Counted from the first letter of the stretch, positions 40,737 to 53,560 are shown. The stretch: DNA of 64,000 nt from Lama guanicoe (GCA_013239625.1 MU053493.1:2241793-2305792), one strand, 5' to 3'. Numbers and translations are program-made. The notes: generated from the sequence alone by a model not told the origin.

Positions 40737-41904
40737 AAGCATATCCTGTGTGGTAAAGAAAGGCTGCTTTGGCCCGGGACTGCTGTGATATTTCTGGGCT
40801 TCCATCACCCTTCATGAAAGCCCACTATATACATATGTACATGTATAACTGAATCACTGTGCTTTACACCTGAAACTAATATTGTAAATCAACTACACGT
40901 CAATAAAAAATTAAAAAGAAAAAAAGTCTTCCTCAAGCACAGCCTGCCATCCCGTTAAGTCCTTCCCACTGTCTAACCCCTTGTCATTGCTGCAATTATT
41001 TTTCAAAATTTCGATACATGGTCCAGAAGCTGAACCTGAAGAAACCTCTCAGAGGATGTAGTAAAAGGTAGTAACACAGCAAATAGGAGAGAGAAGTGAT
41101 GATGCCCAGCAGACCCACACAGAGGGTCAAACAGCCAAGCCCCGGAGGCCACAGAAAGAGAACCGAGAAACCAGAGACAAGGAAATAACCGAGGAATAAA
41201 ATTTCCAGTACTAAAGAAGGGGCACGTCGAGTGCCTAAGTTCCTGCGCTAAATACCACAAAGTATCAGAACTCCCAGAATAAAGAGTAGACCCCAGAACA
41301 TTTCAGAAGTGACAAACAGGCAAGGTCACCCAGAAAAGAAGGTGAGCCCCATGGGGATCAGACCGCTCTTCAGTGACATCTGATACAAAGACAGTGCATA
41401 CTGGCCACCAAAGAAGTGACAACAGGAAGGTTGAAAGCATTTAACTTGGAGGAATGGGGAAGGCGGGGGCCCAGGCATAGATTTAGCATTTCCATTTGCA
41501 CCCTTCCAGGGTGTTTTCATTTTAATTTCCATGAAATTAAGTAGATAATACTTTTATCACCATCTTCATAATTATCACTGTCAAAAAACAGAGATAAATA
41601 CTGCGTGCTTTCACCAGAATATGTAATACCAGGGATCTCTCTCCGCACAGAAACACTTTTTCTTTCTCTTAAACTGAGTCCATTCCTCTCACCTGAAAGC
41701 CACACCATCTGGGCTACAGGTAACAGCCACAGGTCTAACTCTCCAAGTCACCCAGCAGGTGCCTTGCTCGGGGGACTTCTGGCTCTTTGTTTTCTTTGGG
41801 TTTTATTCTTCATACAGCAAAACAAAAAACAAAAAAGTATCATTATATATATATGTGTGTGTGTATTTACACATTTTCTTTTCTCGAAGAGAAAATCAAT
41901 ATTC

Positions 41905-42053
41905 TTAAATTTGTTTTCACTTTTTTTTTTAAAATCTATTGCAGCGAGGGGAATTAGGTTTATTTTACTTGTCTATTTTTTTAATGCAGGGACTAGGGAT
42001 TGACCCGAGGACCTCATGCATGCTAAGCAGGCGCTCTACCACTGAGCTACCCC
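41905..42053 (-). mobile_element. vic-1-type SINE, long form
   Basis: Reverse-complement head (...ctaccactgagctacccc) and tail (ggggaattaggtttatt). Confidence 0.88.
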
Positions 42054-42224
42054 GTCAACTTGTTTTTTGTTTTTTTAAAGTCAATCTTGAGGAGAAGCTA
42101 CTTACTACTTGTCATGACAGACTACAGCTCTGTTAATCCACTCACACCTCGTAGGTGTTATTTCCTCATCTTGCAAAGGGTCGGCTCTGAGCCTCACCCC
42201 CTCCCTCGGCACCAAAAAGCAACG

Positions 42225-42358
42225 GCTAATAATAATTTTAAAATAAATAAATAAATAAACCTAATTACCGCCCCCCAAAACAAAAAGAAAAAGAAAAAAA
42301 CAAAAAAAAAACCACACCAAAAAAGTAAGTTAAAAAAATTTACTGACTTAAAAAAAAA
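42225..42358 (+). mobile_element. 5'-truncated SINE consisting of the tail only
   Basis: aaataaacctaattaccgcccccc tail without a tRNA head; TSD aaaaRgcaacg. Confidence 0.75.
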
Positions 42359-42693
42359 AAAAGGCAACGTCAAGCATGGAGAGAGGACATGGGGAACCCA
42401 GTGGTGAATTTAATGAATCGGCAGGTGGAAAGCAGATGCTACCTCTCTCTGCCTTTTTCTAAGACTGGGTCAAAACTCAAGTTTCTACCAAGGCAGTGTC
42501 CCATTATGAACAGCTGAAAGGAGCTCTGTGGGGCATAACTGAAAAAAAAAAAAGATGTTTTTTTTAAATCAGAATATTCTGATGAGTATGTGCTCATTGG
42601 AGCTAAGCTGCTTATTAACATGTTGAACAGGTAGCTTTCTCAGAGCCCTTTCACATTCTGAGGGTTCCAAAACCATACAGCAAAATCACTACT

Positions 42694-42787
42694 GAGGAGG
42701 GAGGGTTGAGCTCAGTGGTACAGCATGTGCTTAGCATGCAAGAAGTCCTGGGTTCAATCCCCAGCACCTCCACTAGAAGCAAACAAA
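42694..42787 (+). mobile_element. vic-1-type SINE
   Basis: Perfect TSD caaaatcactact at 42681-42693 and 42788-42800. Confidence 0.93.
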
Positions 42788-43859
42788 CAAAATCACTACT
42801 TGTATCCACTATCAAAGCCACTGTCTATAATTTTTCATCAGAGATGAGAAGACAACATTTTCCTTATAGTTAGATAAATTCTATATTTCCCAAATACAAA
42901 TTTGCTTTTTCATGAAGTTCCAAATTTTCTCTATTTGTTTCTGCAAAAGAATGAGCTTAAATTTTAAGGGTTTTTCTTTTTTTAATCTTTTTTTAATCTT
43001 TTTTTAAAGGAATATATGTATGTCCATGTGAAACATTATGCTGTGTACCAGAAATTGACATGACATTTAAAACTGACTAGACTTCAACCGAATTTTTTTA
43101 AGTAACATAAAAAATCAAGGATTTATTTTAGAACAATTAAGTTGCATGGTCTGTGATAATTACACATAGACTCTGGTGGTGCTGATGCAGAAGAAGTAGC
43201 TTGTGTACATTTATCAGGCCCCTAAGTCCTTGACTGAAGGCCTCCCAGTCCCCCCGAAAATGCCTGTATCCTTAATTTCTGGGGCTCCTTAAATCATCAT
43301 CCATGTCACTGCACTGCACCCTTTAGGTAAAATATGGCACCTTCATCATCAGTTGGACGTGGAGGAGATAAGAGCAGGCCACGACTATCAACTGAAGCTA
43401 TCAAAGTTAGGTTGCCAAAGCCTAAATGCAGAAACAGAATTCAGGCAGGCCTGAACCAGGACACGCCAGGGACAGTGGGTCTGAAGTCTCTCCTTCCCTA
43501 GCATCACACCTGGGCTCCGGAAAGGAAGGCCCCAGGGCTGCATCTGGCCAGCACACAGGCAGACATCTTCTAGAGCCTCTAGAGATGCTCACAGGAGCCA
43601 CTACGCACACCGACCCAGCGAGAAAGGCAAAAGGACTTCTCCCAGGACCGATACGCTCCTCCCTCCATCGGGCAGTGTTCTCAGCAGCAGGTGCGATGCT
43701 GGGGGCTGGGAGGGACCCCGTGCAGCCTTCTCTGCGTCTTCTCACCTCTGCGCCTACGTTTCCCCTTGCGTTACTGTCACCCTGACACCAGGTCTGCCAC
43801 GGCAAAGTGCCTCGAACTCACCAAGTATGGAAATAACAGAGTGGACTGAAGAACCCATC

Positions 43860-44140
43860 AAAATAAATAAATAAATATTCAAAACATTCTCTATAAAACA
43901 CAAATTGAAACATTCTTTATAAAAAATTGAAACATTCTTTATAAAAAATAATAAATCAAAACATACTTTATAAAAAAATCAAAGCATTCTTTATGAAAAA
44001 TAAAAACATTCTTTATTTAAAAAATAAATTGAAACCTTTATAAAAAATAAATAAATCAAAACATTCTTTATAAAAGTAATAAATCAAAACATTCTTTATT
44101 AAAAATAATAATAATAAATCAAAATATTTTTATTAAAAAA
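43860..44140. repeat. AT-rich minisatellite, about 10 units with core aaacattctttat
   Basis: Visible repeated units of roughly 22-35 bp. Confidence 0.9.
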
Positions 44141-44754
44141 AGAAAGAACTCATCACTGGCTTTATTATATTTTCCTTACTCTTCAATAAATCCATCGGAT
44201 ACAGTACTTTTTGACCTTTTCAAGATTCAAATTCAAAATTCTCCAATAAAAGACTGAAGGATGAAGAAAAAAAAATTTGCCCCCTCAAACTCAAATTATG
44301 TAAACTATATAATGTTCAAAGGCTGGGTTTTTTTAATTCTTATTTTTTACTGAAGTGTAGTTGATTTACAATGTTAGATTCAAGTGTACAACGAAGTAAT
44401 TCAGTTACACATATACACACATAATACATATATTTTCAGTTTCTTTTCCACTACGAAAGGCCGTTTTCTTTGGAACAAGTCTTTCAAAATGGACCAGAGA
44501 CAGAGAAAAGTTCCAAAGGTTTCTCCCTGGGCGGGGGGTGTGTGCAGGATAAGAGGTGAGGTGGGGGCTAAACTGAACGATGAAAGAGTCCAAAGAAACC
44601 ATTTGGCTTGAAGAAGGACAGGCATCCTACCTACCATTTAATTGTGTGTGCTAGTAGGAAATTCAGATTTAAATAGTTTGTCAAACATGAAACTATGACC
44701 ATTAGAAGAACAGAGAAGCACAGGAGAAGGGGGTTGGGGGATGGGATAAAAATC

Positions 44755-45235
44755 ACCTTGAAAACGAGTATTGGCACACCCATGTTCACAGCAGCATGTC
44801 TCACAGTAAGCCAAAAGATAGACGCATCTCAAGTGCCCATCAACAGACAGATGGATGACTGTGCTCTCACCACACAATGGAATATTACTCAGCCTTCAAA
44901 AGGGGACCCTGATGCAGGCTACAACATGGATGAATCTTGAAAATATTATGTTAAGTGAAATAAGTCAGTCACAAAAGTTAAAATACTGGATGATTCCACT
45001 TACATGAGTTGCCAGAAATAGCTAAATTGACACATACAGGAAGTAGACTGCTGGTTGCCAGGGGCTAGGGGAGGGAGAATGAGGAGTGAGTGTTTAATGG
45101 GGACAGTTTCAGTTGTGCAAAAGTTCTGGATGATGGTTACACAATCATGCCAACATTCTTACTGCCACAGAACTGTACACTTAAAAATGTCAAAATCATA
45201 AATTTTATAATAGGTGTATTTTACTAGAATTTTTA
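44755..45235 (+). mobile_element. L1MB-like 3' end
   Basis: Runs cacccatgttcacagcagca...acaacatggatgaatcttgaaaatattatg...aactgtacacttaaaa. Confidence 0.85.
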
Positions 45236-45249
45236 AAATTCATACTTTT

Positions 45250-45351
45250 TCTTCAATTTCTTTTTTTTTTTTAATGGAGGTACTGGGGATTGAATCCGGG
45301 ACCTCATGCATGCTAAGCATGCACTCTACCACTGAGCTATACCCATCCCCC
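45250..45351 (-). mobile_element. vic-1-type SINE
   Basis: TSD aaatWcatactttt at 45236-45249 and 45352-45365. Confidence 0.92.
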
Positions 45352-46678
45352 AAATACATACTTTTGAAAAAAATCAACTTGATCAATCCAGCAAAAGGAA
45401 AAAAGGAAAACCGAAAATGATAAAGTATAATAATAAATTAAGTCAAAAAGAATAAGACTAAATCTATTACACATCTTAATAAATGGGAACAGCCTAAATT
45501 CCCTGAGATGTCTAACTTAACAAAGAACATATCTTTCCCATGCTAGTCCACAGAAAAATATGGAAAGCTCACCAATTTATTTTACAAAGCCAGTACAATC
45601 TAACAAGGTTTATTAAAGATAGTGTATGCTGTGTCCACGCATGAACACACAGACTCCAGACCAATTCTGCATGTGACTATAGCAGCAAATATCTTAATAC
45701 AACAGCACAGGGATTCCAACAATATGTTAAAGGAAAAAGTGATAAGGATTATTCCAGAAACCCAAGGATAATTCAACAGCAGGAAATCTATCAACATACT
45801 ACATATGTGATACACCAGAAATTGCCACAGCATTGTAAACTGACCATGCCTCAATAAAAATATATTTAAAAAGTATTACAGAACATCAACTACTGAAAGA
45901 GAAAAACCAAGAGCTTATATCAACATATGACTGAAAACACTGGAAAAATCCAGCTGTCATTCCTTGTAAGAATTCCAAACAGAAGGAAATTGCCTAAGTA
46001 TGACTTTTAAATTCCTAATTTGAATAGTGGACTAGCAAGCAGGTGGAGGAAATATTTATGAAGAACATTTGGGACCAATTGGCAGAATGCAAATACGGAC
46101 TATGGATAGTGCTGTATCAATGTTAATTTCTGACTTTTATTATTGCTTCATGTTTATGTAATGCCCTTGTATTTAGGAAACAGACATTGAAGTATTTAGG
46201 GGCAAAGGGATTTGAAGCCTGCTGTGTACTCTCAAGTGATTCAGAAAAAATATGTAGATGGAGGTATCAATCAATCAACTGATCATCAGTTGGGGGGTTG
46301 GGGGTCTGGAAATGACAAGGTTAATAATTGGTGAATCTGGGTTAAGGATATATGGGATTTTTTTGTACTTTTTGGCAACTCTTCTGCAGGTTTGCAATTA
46401 TTGCAAAATTTAAGTCATCAAAATGACCTATCTATTAAGAAATGAAAGCAATGAAATTAAAGCTTTTCCCACTAAAATCAAAAGCAAGACATGAATATTT
46501 CCTTTCAGACTATTATTCAACAGGAAGATTCCAATTAATGCAATAAGGAAAAGGAATACGCATCATCAAACACTGAGATATGAAAAATATGGAATACAAA
46601 GAAACAAAATTACTTATAGATGATGGGACAATAGAAATGGAAAGCACAAGACATTTACTTAAAAAATAGAATAAATAA

Positions 46679-46774
46679 GGGGGGAGGGTGTAGCTCAGTG
46701 GTAGAGCGTGTGCTTAGAATGCACAAGGTCCTGGGTTCAATCCCCCAGACCTCCATCAAAAAAAAGTTAAAAAT
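46679..46774 (+). mobile_element. vic-1-type SINE
   Basis: TSD atagaataaataa at 46666-46678 and 46775-46787. Confidence 0.92.
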
Positions 46775-47074
46775 ATAGAATAAATAATTTCAAAGCAAGA
46801 GAGAAATAAAAGTCAACAGTCTCTCTGTACAGGAGCCGTAGTACTGAAGAAGGGGAAATTTCGGCAACACTTAGCTCCACCAGAAAACCTCGAAGCGTAT
46901 TTAAAAAGAAAAGCAGAGCAGTCACATGTCGAAACCTTTGAACGCTTCAGCTGTTCAAATATTTAACATTCATATTAAAAATGTTAACCAACGGAATCCA
47001 AATACAAAGATAATGCATCACGAAAAAGCAAGAATATGTGAACTCTATCTCATGTGGTATCAAGAGTGAGCCCT

Positions 47075-47278
47075 TCATATGAAATAGAGAAACCACAAGG
47101 TCCTACTGTATAGCATAGGGAACTATATTCATTTTCTTGTAATAGCCTATAATGGAAAAAAATCTGAAAAGAAAAAATATATATGCATGTATATGTATAA
47201 CTGAATCACTTTGCTATACATACAAATGAAACTAACATTGTAAGTCAACCACACTTCAATAAAAAAAAATGTTTTTTA
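47075..47278 (+). mobile_element. Short L1 3' tail
   Basis: TSD aagaRtgagccct at 47062-47074 and 47279-47291. Confidence 0.88.
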
Positions 47279-48171
47279 AAGAATGAGCCCTGCTGTCTTT
47301 TCATTTGAATTTGCCGGGTATATCTGCTCCAGTCCTCTTATTTTTAGCCTTTCTAAATCTCTTCACTTCCAGTCTATCTCCGGATCTTGCTTTGCTAAGT
47401 CAACTTGAAACACTTTTTTAACTAGGTTAATTGAGCCTATTTACATAATGTGAATATAGTCTGTATGTTTGGCATCGGCTTTGCCAGATTTTTAACCTCA
47501 TATTTAAAACACTGACGCACAAGCTCAAAGTCTTTCCGTACGTGGGCTGCTATCTCTGCTGGCTTCTCTCTCCATTTCTGTAGGTACGTGGGAAGCATAC
47601 TGGTTCCAGTTACCGCTTTTATATTACTACCTTATATAACCCCCTTAGTAACCTCTCCCTTTAGACATTATCGCCTCCCTCCTATGAGCAATGATGCGAT
47701 TAGCTAGTAATTGCTGCTTCCTGCCTCCCTTCCTCGCTCCTCCTAAGCATCAGTTTTAGCCACTAACATTCAGCTGGTGTTCATCTTTCTGGTCGTCAGT
47801 AAACCCAACCTTCTACTACTTGCTTGGTCGGCTTCCAGAGACATTTTTCTATCCTAGCTCATACTGGCATGGTAATTAAGGAGTTTATTCTGCTTTCCTT
47901 CAACTCCGCCCATTTATCTGTTTCGCTGTAGGACTCTCTATAACCACAAAGTGTCATGTTTCTGTATTAATCTGCCTCCCTTACTGCTATCTTTCAGTTT
48001 TGGTTTCACAATTAAAGACAGTGTCACCGTTCATCCCTAGAACATATGAAAAGCTTCGACGATCGTTTTCGTAGTTTTCTGAAGCTCATTCTCCAGCAAA
48101 CAACTGAGAAGGGGCTCGCTCGTGGGACCAACAGTCCCAGAGTTCTTGCAAATTCAAAACTGTATGTCTGT

Positions 48172-48631
48172 AGAAAACAAACTTACGGTCACGGGAGGGG
48201 TGTTGGGGTCAGGAAGGGGTTGGAAGGATAAATTAGGTGTTTGGGATTTGCAGATACACATTACTATATATGAAAAAGATAAACAGCAAGGTCCTACTGT
48301 ATAGTACAGGGAACTATATTCAATAACTTGTAGTAACCTATAATGAAAGAGAATATGAAAACAAATATATATATATATGTATGATTGAAACACTGTGCTG
48401 TAAACCAGAAATTGATGCATTATAAACTGACCGTACTTCAATAAAAAAGAATTTTTAATAAAATAAGTAACAGGGTGTATGGTTCAGCACAGGGAAGTAT
48501 ATTCAATACCTTGTAATAACCATAATGGAAAATAATCTGAAAAGGAATATATATATACATATAACTGAATCACTATGCTGTACACCAGAAATGAACACAA
48601 CACTGTAAATCAACTATACTTCAATTTAAAA
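48172..48631 (+). mobile_element. Two tandem L1 3' tails inside a single TSD
   Basis: Perfect 16-bp TSD aaaactgtatgtctgt at 48156-48171 and 48632-48647. Confidence 0.88.
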
Positions 48632-48783
48632 AAAACTGTATGTCTGTGGCCTTTGTATTTAAAGGACAGTTCTGTGGATACAGGATGCCTGGCTCACACA
48701 GAAAGCGTATTAAAAACCCTGAGTAACTTCACACCACCCTGCATCTCCCACTGATCACAGCCACAGACCTGTGAGAGGAGGAA

Positions 48784-48878
48784 TTTTTTTCTCTTTTTAG
48801 TGGAAGTATTGGGGATTGAACCCAGGACCTCATGCCTGCTAAGCACACTCTTCCACTGAGCTATATACCCTCTTGCCC
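48784..48878 (-). mobile_element. vic-1-type SINE
   Basis: Runs ggggattgaacccaggacctc...ccactgagctatataccc. Confidence 0.9.
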
Positions 48879-48929
48879 CTTGCAGCCATAGACCCAGTGG
48901 AGGGCACGGAATAGACAGCTTAGAAACTC

Positions 48930-51900
48930 GGAGAGCAAAACAGCAGGCAGACAGGAGGCAAGAGACATAACTCCAAGTACCCCCAGGCTGGCAGAGGGTT
49001 GTATTTTTCCCTCTTCGGTTGCATCCCCCAGCCAAAACACAGCACAGCCTGAAACCCCCAACTGAGCAGGGGTGCAGACAAGGAGCAGCTTTCCAGTTCT
49101 GGCTCAGGGATTTGGAAAGAGACTCCCTGATGCCCTAAGAGAGTAAGGCAGTCCCCTCTGGTTCTTCTTTGAGCTTTCCTTCTCTTCTCTCTGCTCACTC
49201 ACACCCCAGCATCCAAGCAATACCATAGCAACAGCAGCAGCAGCAGCAGGAGCTATCAAGACCCAGAAGACCCCTCCCCTCTGCCTGCTCCATCCGAGGG
49301 GCGTGGCCCCAGGAGGGCAGGACACAGCCTTGCTGCTGATTCTCTCGCTCTGTCCTCCCACCACAGAGCAACGTAAAGCCCTAGCATTCCTGGAGGACTG
49401 GGTAAGGGAAGCCCCTGGGGAACCAGAACACACCGGGAGGAGCACAGAGTGGAGAGCTAGGGAAAGGGATCCCTGAAACATGTTTATGAACTCACAGGCT
49501 CACCCCCGAGGTGACCACACAACCCGAAACAGATACTGAAACATGGAGAACAGAACTATGGGACAGATCCCCACCTGAGAGCCAGACCGGCCTGAGGGGT
49601 ATGTGTGCAGAACAGATCTGGAAAGGACCACAAAGACTTTGAAACCTGAACTACAATCCACGGAGGCTAGTCAGAATGCGGTCTGAACCTGAGAGGATGC
49701 ATAACCTGCTAAAACAAAAACAGCAACCTTCTTCACTGGATTTAAACAACATCCAGAGACTCACAACATAACGTTCAAAACAGGAAATAATCCAAAGTCA
49801 CCTGGCCTACAAAGAATCAGAAAGATGTCAACTTCCATGGGAAAACACAGTCAATGACAGACTTTGGAAATATCAAAGACTTTAAAGCACTGATAAGAAA
49901 AATGCTCCAGTAAGTAAGGGTGAATATTTTTGAAATGAATGAAAAGCTACAAAAACTAAGAGGGGGGAAAAAAACTAGTTGATAGGAAGGAGAACCCAAT
50001 GGAAATTTTTAAAACTGAAAAATAGGATAACCAAAGTAAAAAATTCACTGGGTGGATTTAAAAGCAGAACGGAGATGAAAGGAAAAAAACTCAGTCAACT
50101 AATATGGGAGCAATAATTTAAAGTATTCATCAGAGAATATGGAAGACAGAAGGAATTGGAACATACTGAAAGGCTGAAAGGAAGGAAGTGCCAACCGAGA
50201 ACTGTACATCTAACAAAAACACCCTTCAGGAACAAAGGAGAAGTAAAGGCAGCCTAAGGAAAAGAAAACTAAGAGTCATGGGGTGGGTGTAGCTCAGTGG
50301 TTAGAGCGCATGCTTAGCATGCACAAGGGCCGGGTTCAATCCCCAAGTATCTCCATTAAAAAAACAAAGGAAAACTAAGAGAATTTGATAGCACGCTTGC
50401 TCTAAAAACACTGCTGTAGGAAATTGTTCAGACAGAGGCAAATAATACGAGAAGAAAATCTGGAATATCAGGTATGAAGAAAGAACAAAAGAAATGGTAA
50501 ATATAAGAGACTATTCTTCTCCTGCTAAATTCTTTAAAACAAAAGTGTAATACTGGCTGAAAGAATTGTCAATATATGTAGATGTAGTATGTGAGATAAA
50601 CTATATACGATATTCATGACAACTACAACTCAAATGAGAGCCTTAAGGGTGATAAGGTTTCAGCATTCCACTTGAAGTGATAAAATATGATTCTATGTTA
50701 ACAAGGAGAAGTCAAATACACATATTGTAATCTATGGAGCAACTGCTAAAAAAAAACCTCTACAAAAAAATATAGTTAAAAACACAACAGATAAGTTAAA
50801 ATGTAGCGATTAAATAAGATTCCAAATAAGCCAAAAGAAGGCAGCAAAGGTGAAACAGAAGAACAAATAAGGAAGGGAACAAAAAGGGTAGGGGGAGGCA
50901 GATATAAATTTAAATAAGTTAATAATTACACTACATGTAAATGGTGAAGCACATCAATTAAAAGACAGAGACTGGCAGGGTAGATTTTTTTTAAAAGATT
51001 CAATTACATGCTATCAACAAATATAATAATATAGGAGAATTAAGAGCGAAAATGTGGGAAAGGATATGCCATGAAACAATAATCAAAGGAAAACTGGAGT
51101 GGCTATTTTAATATCAGACAAATTAGACTTTGGAGCAAAAAAAAAAATTTTACCAGGGATAAAAAAGAGACACAACAAACCCCAGACCAACTCACATGTA
51201 CACATAAAATAAGCAAAGACAAATAGGAGAGGAGCCTCAAAAAATAAAAAGAGACACAACAGTATAATAAAAGGGTCAATTCACAAAGAAGACATACAAT
51301 CTTGAATGTGTATGTACATAACAACAGAACACCAAAAAAAGATAAAGCAAAAACTGACAAAACTGAAGGGTGAATAGAGAAATCCAGAATTATAGTTAGA
51401 GACTTCAGCATCCCTCTGTCAGGAACAGAATTAGTAGACTGAAAGTAATGAAGACTAACACAAGAACTAAACAATACCATCAACACAGGAATGTATATGT
51501 GTGTGTATGTATTTATATGGGTGTATATACTTATATATCCCAACTATGTCCACTGGGACGGCCCAGAAGCAAGCCAAGGAGACCACACTGAGCTCCTTGG
51601 AGAAATGGCAACGTTTCCTTGGAGCAAGGCAAAGTGCAGGATAAGCCTGGAACAGCTTCGTAGGTCAGAATGCCAGGAGATGCACAGTGTATAATGAGGA
51701 CACGCTGGGGACAATTTGAGTATCAAGATAAAGAATGATAATAGATAAATAAAACAGATAACCATGAGTCCATATTACTACAAACTTTAAAATGAATTAA
51801 CTATAAAGACACAGATGAGAAAGAAGAGAAATCTCTTCTTACAGCAAAGTAACAAGCAATAAATGCAGAATGACAGAAATAAAGAATGGTGTCTTGGCAA

Positions 51901-52640
51901 CCATCACAGAGGTGGCTGATTAAGGTTAGTGTCATCTGTGGATGCTAAAGCCAATGGGCAGAGGTTTGATCATGAACAAATCATTGGTATAATCTCAGAA
52001 TACCTCCCCACAAAATATAATCAAAGGGAAATGGGAGAATTTAAGATGATCACACCCAGCAGACAGCAAATGTCTCCTGAGATGTTGTAGATAGAAGAAC
52101 ACGGCATCATTTCTGCAACACTCCTGCCACGGATGCATAACCTGAGTTTGGCCATGAGGATAAATCAGATGGACCCAGGTTCAGGGTCATTCTATAGAGT
52201 ATAAAGCTTGCACTCATTAAAACCATGGAAAACGTGAAACACAAAGGAAGACTGAAGAGCATGAAGAGAGTTAAGACACATACAAATTCCTGGACAGAAT
52301 TCTGGGCCAGAAAGGGAAAAGGAACACTAAAGCTGGTGAAATTGGAATGGGGCCTGTGAACTGGATGGCAATGTCCTTCCTATGCTGATCTCTTACTCCG
52401 GTTACACAGAAGTGTCCTTGAGTGGGGAGATATACACTGAAATTTTTAGGGGTGGTGGGACATCACATCTGCAGCCTGCTCCAAGGTCAAGAAAAAAACT
52501 AATAATGGATTTCTTTTCACTGAGGAAGAGAGACAGTGTATACAAGGGGCAAATACAGTAAAACGGTTACAATCAGGGACCTGAATTGAAGGGATCCAGT
52601 CCAGAAGTTCTTAGTTCTGTCCTATAACTTTTCTACAAGT
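48930..52640 (+). mobile_element. Old L1M relic (5' region, ORF1, ORF2 endonuclease start, then an L1MC-like 3' part)
   Basis: Contains caattaaaagacagagactggcag, ctggagtggctattttaatatcagacaaa and aaagggtcaattcacaaagaagacatacaatc. Confidence 0.7.
50280..50369 (+). mobile_element. vic-1-type SINE
   Basis: TSD gaaaactaagag at 50264-50275 and 50370-50381. Confidence 0.9.
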
Positions 52641-52659
52641 TGGAAATTTCAAATTGTCC

Positions 52660-53560
52660 CCCTCAAAATTTACTTTTTGAAATATTGCTTCATATTTTCC
52701 AGCATATGATTTATTTGGCTACAAGAATTCCACAACACACAATACAAGTGACTAGGACTTTTTACCTGGATGCCCAAAGGATTTTTTTTTCCCTTAACTT
52801 GAACATGCATTATTTTACAGAGATAGGTCTCAGTCTCAGTGTTGATTATTCTGCACTGATTTTTTTTTCCCAGTTCCACAGTGGGACCTTTCAATTCTTC
52901 TATTTTAGGGAAGTTTTCTTGCATTATCATTTAAAATATTTATTTTATCCCATTGCTTTGTTCTTCCTTTCCTGGACACTTTAATCATATGTATATCAGA
53001 TCTTCTTTGCCTGTCTCATATATTGCTTTTTTTTTCAAGAAAGGAAAGTGAGGATTTATTAAATAATAATATGGTCTCAAAGGACGAGCGGGCAGACTGA
53101 GGTGAGTAACGCACGTACTACTTTCTAATTCACTTTATCCCTTTGTTTGTTGTTGCTATTGGTTTCATTTTTCTCCTTCTCATCCTCTATTTTTACCTCT
53201 GTGTTGTCTACAGTAACCATCTGCCTATGTGTCCCTTCTGGACAATTTAGTCTTCCTTTCTAAAATGCATTTTTCCCTAATTCTTTCCTGACACCCACTT
53301 GTTCCCATTTCACAACTTTCTGCTACCTAGCCATATCCTTCATAGTTTCTCAATTTCTGATTGATGCTGTCTTTCCATTTCTTTCCTTTTAGCTGATCTT
53401 GAAATAAGAGTTAATGATTTTGGGGGTGTGCTCTCACTTTCTCTAGTACCATTATGTTCATTTTCATCATTGTTCTCTGAATCAATTTTGCATCCAATTA
53501 CATCCAATTCAGTTTTTGTTCCCCGTGTGTGAATGAGGTGGATTTTCCTGATCTGTTAAG
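52660..53560 (-). mobile_element. Old L1 ORF1-region fragment
   Basis: Minus translation IMQENFPKIEELK is an ORF1-like motif. Confidence 0.6.

Noticed and set aside
43860..44140. Repeat array as CRISPR-like
   Set aside because: Mammalian DNA, degenerate units and no unique spacers.
6533..50369. tRNA-Ala(AGC)-like sequences as tRNA genes
   Set aside because: They have extended 5' ends, A-rich tails, TSDs and CpG decay, so they are SINEs rather than tRNA genes.
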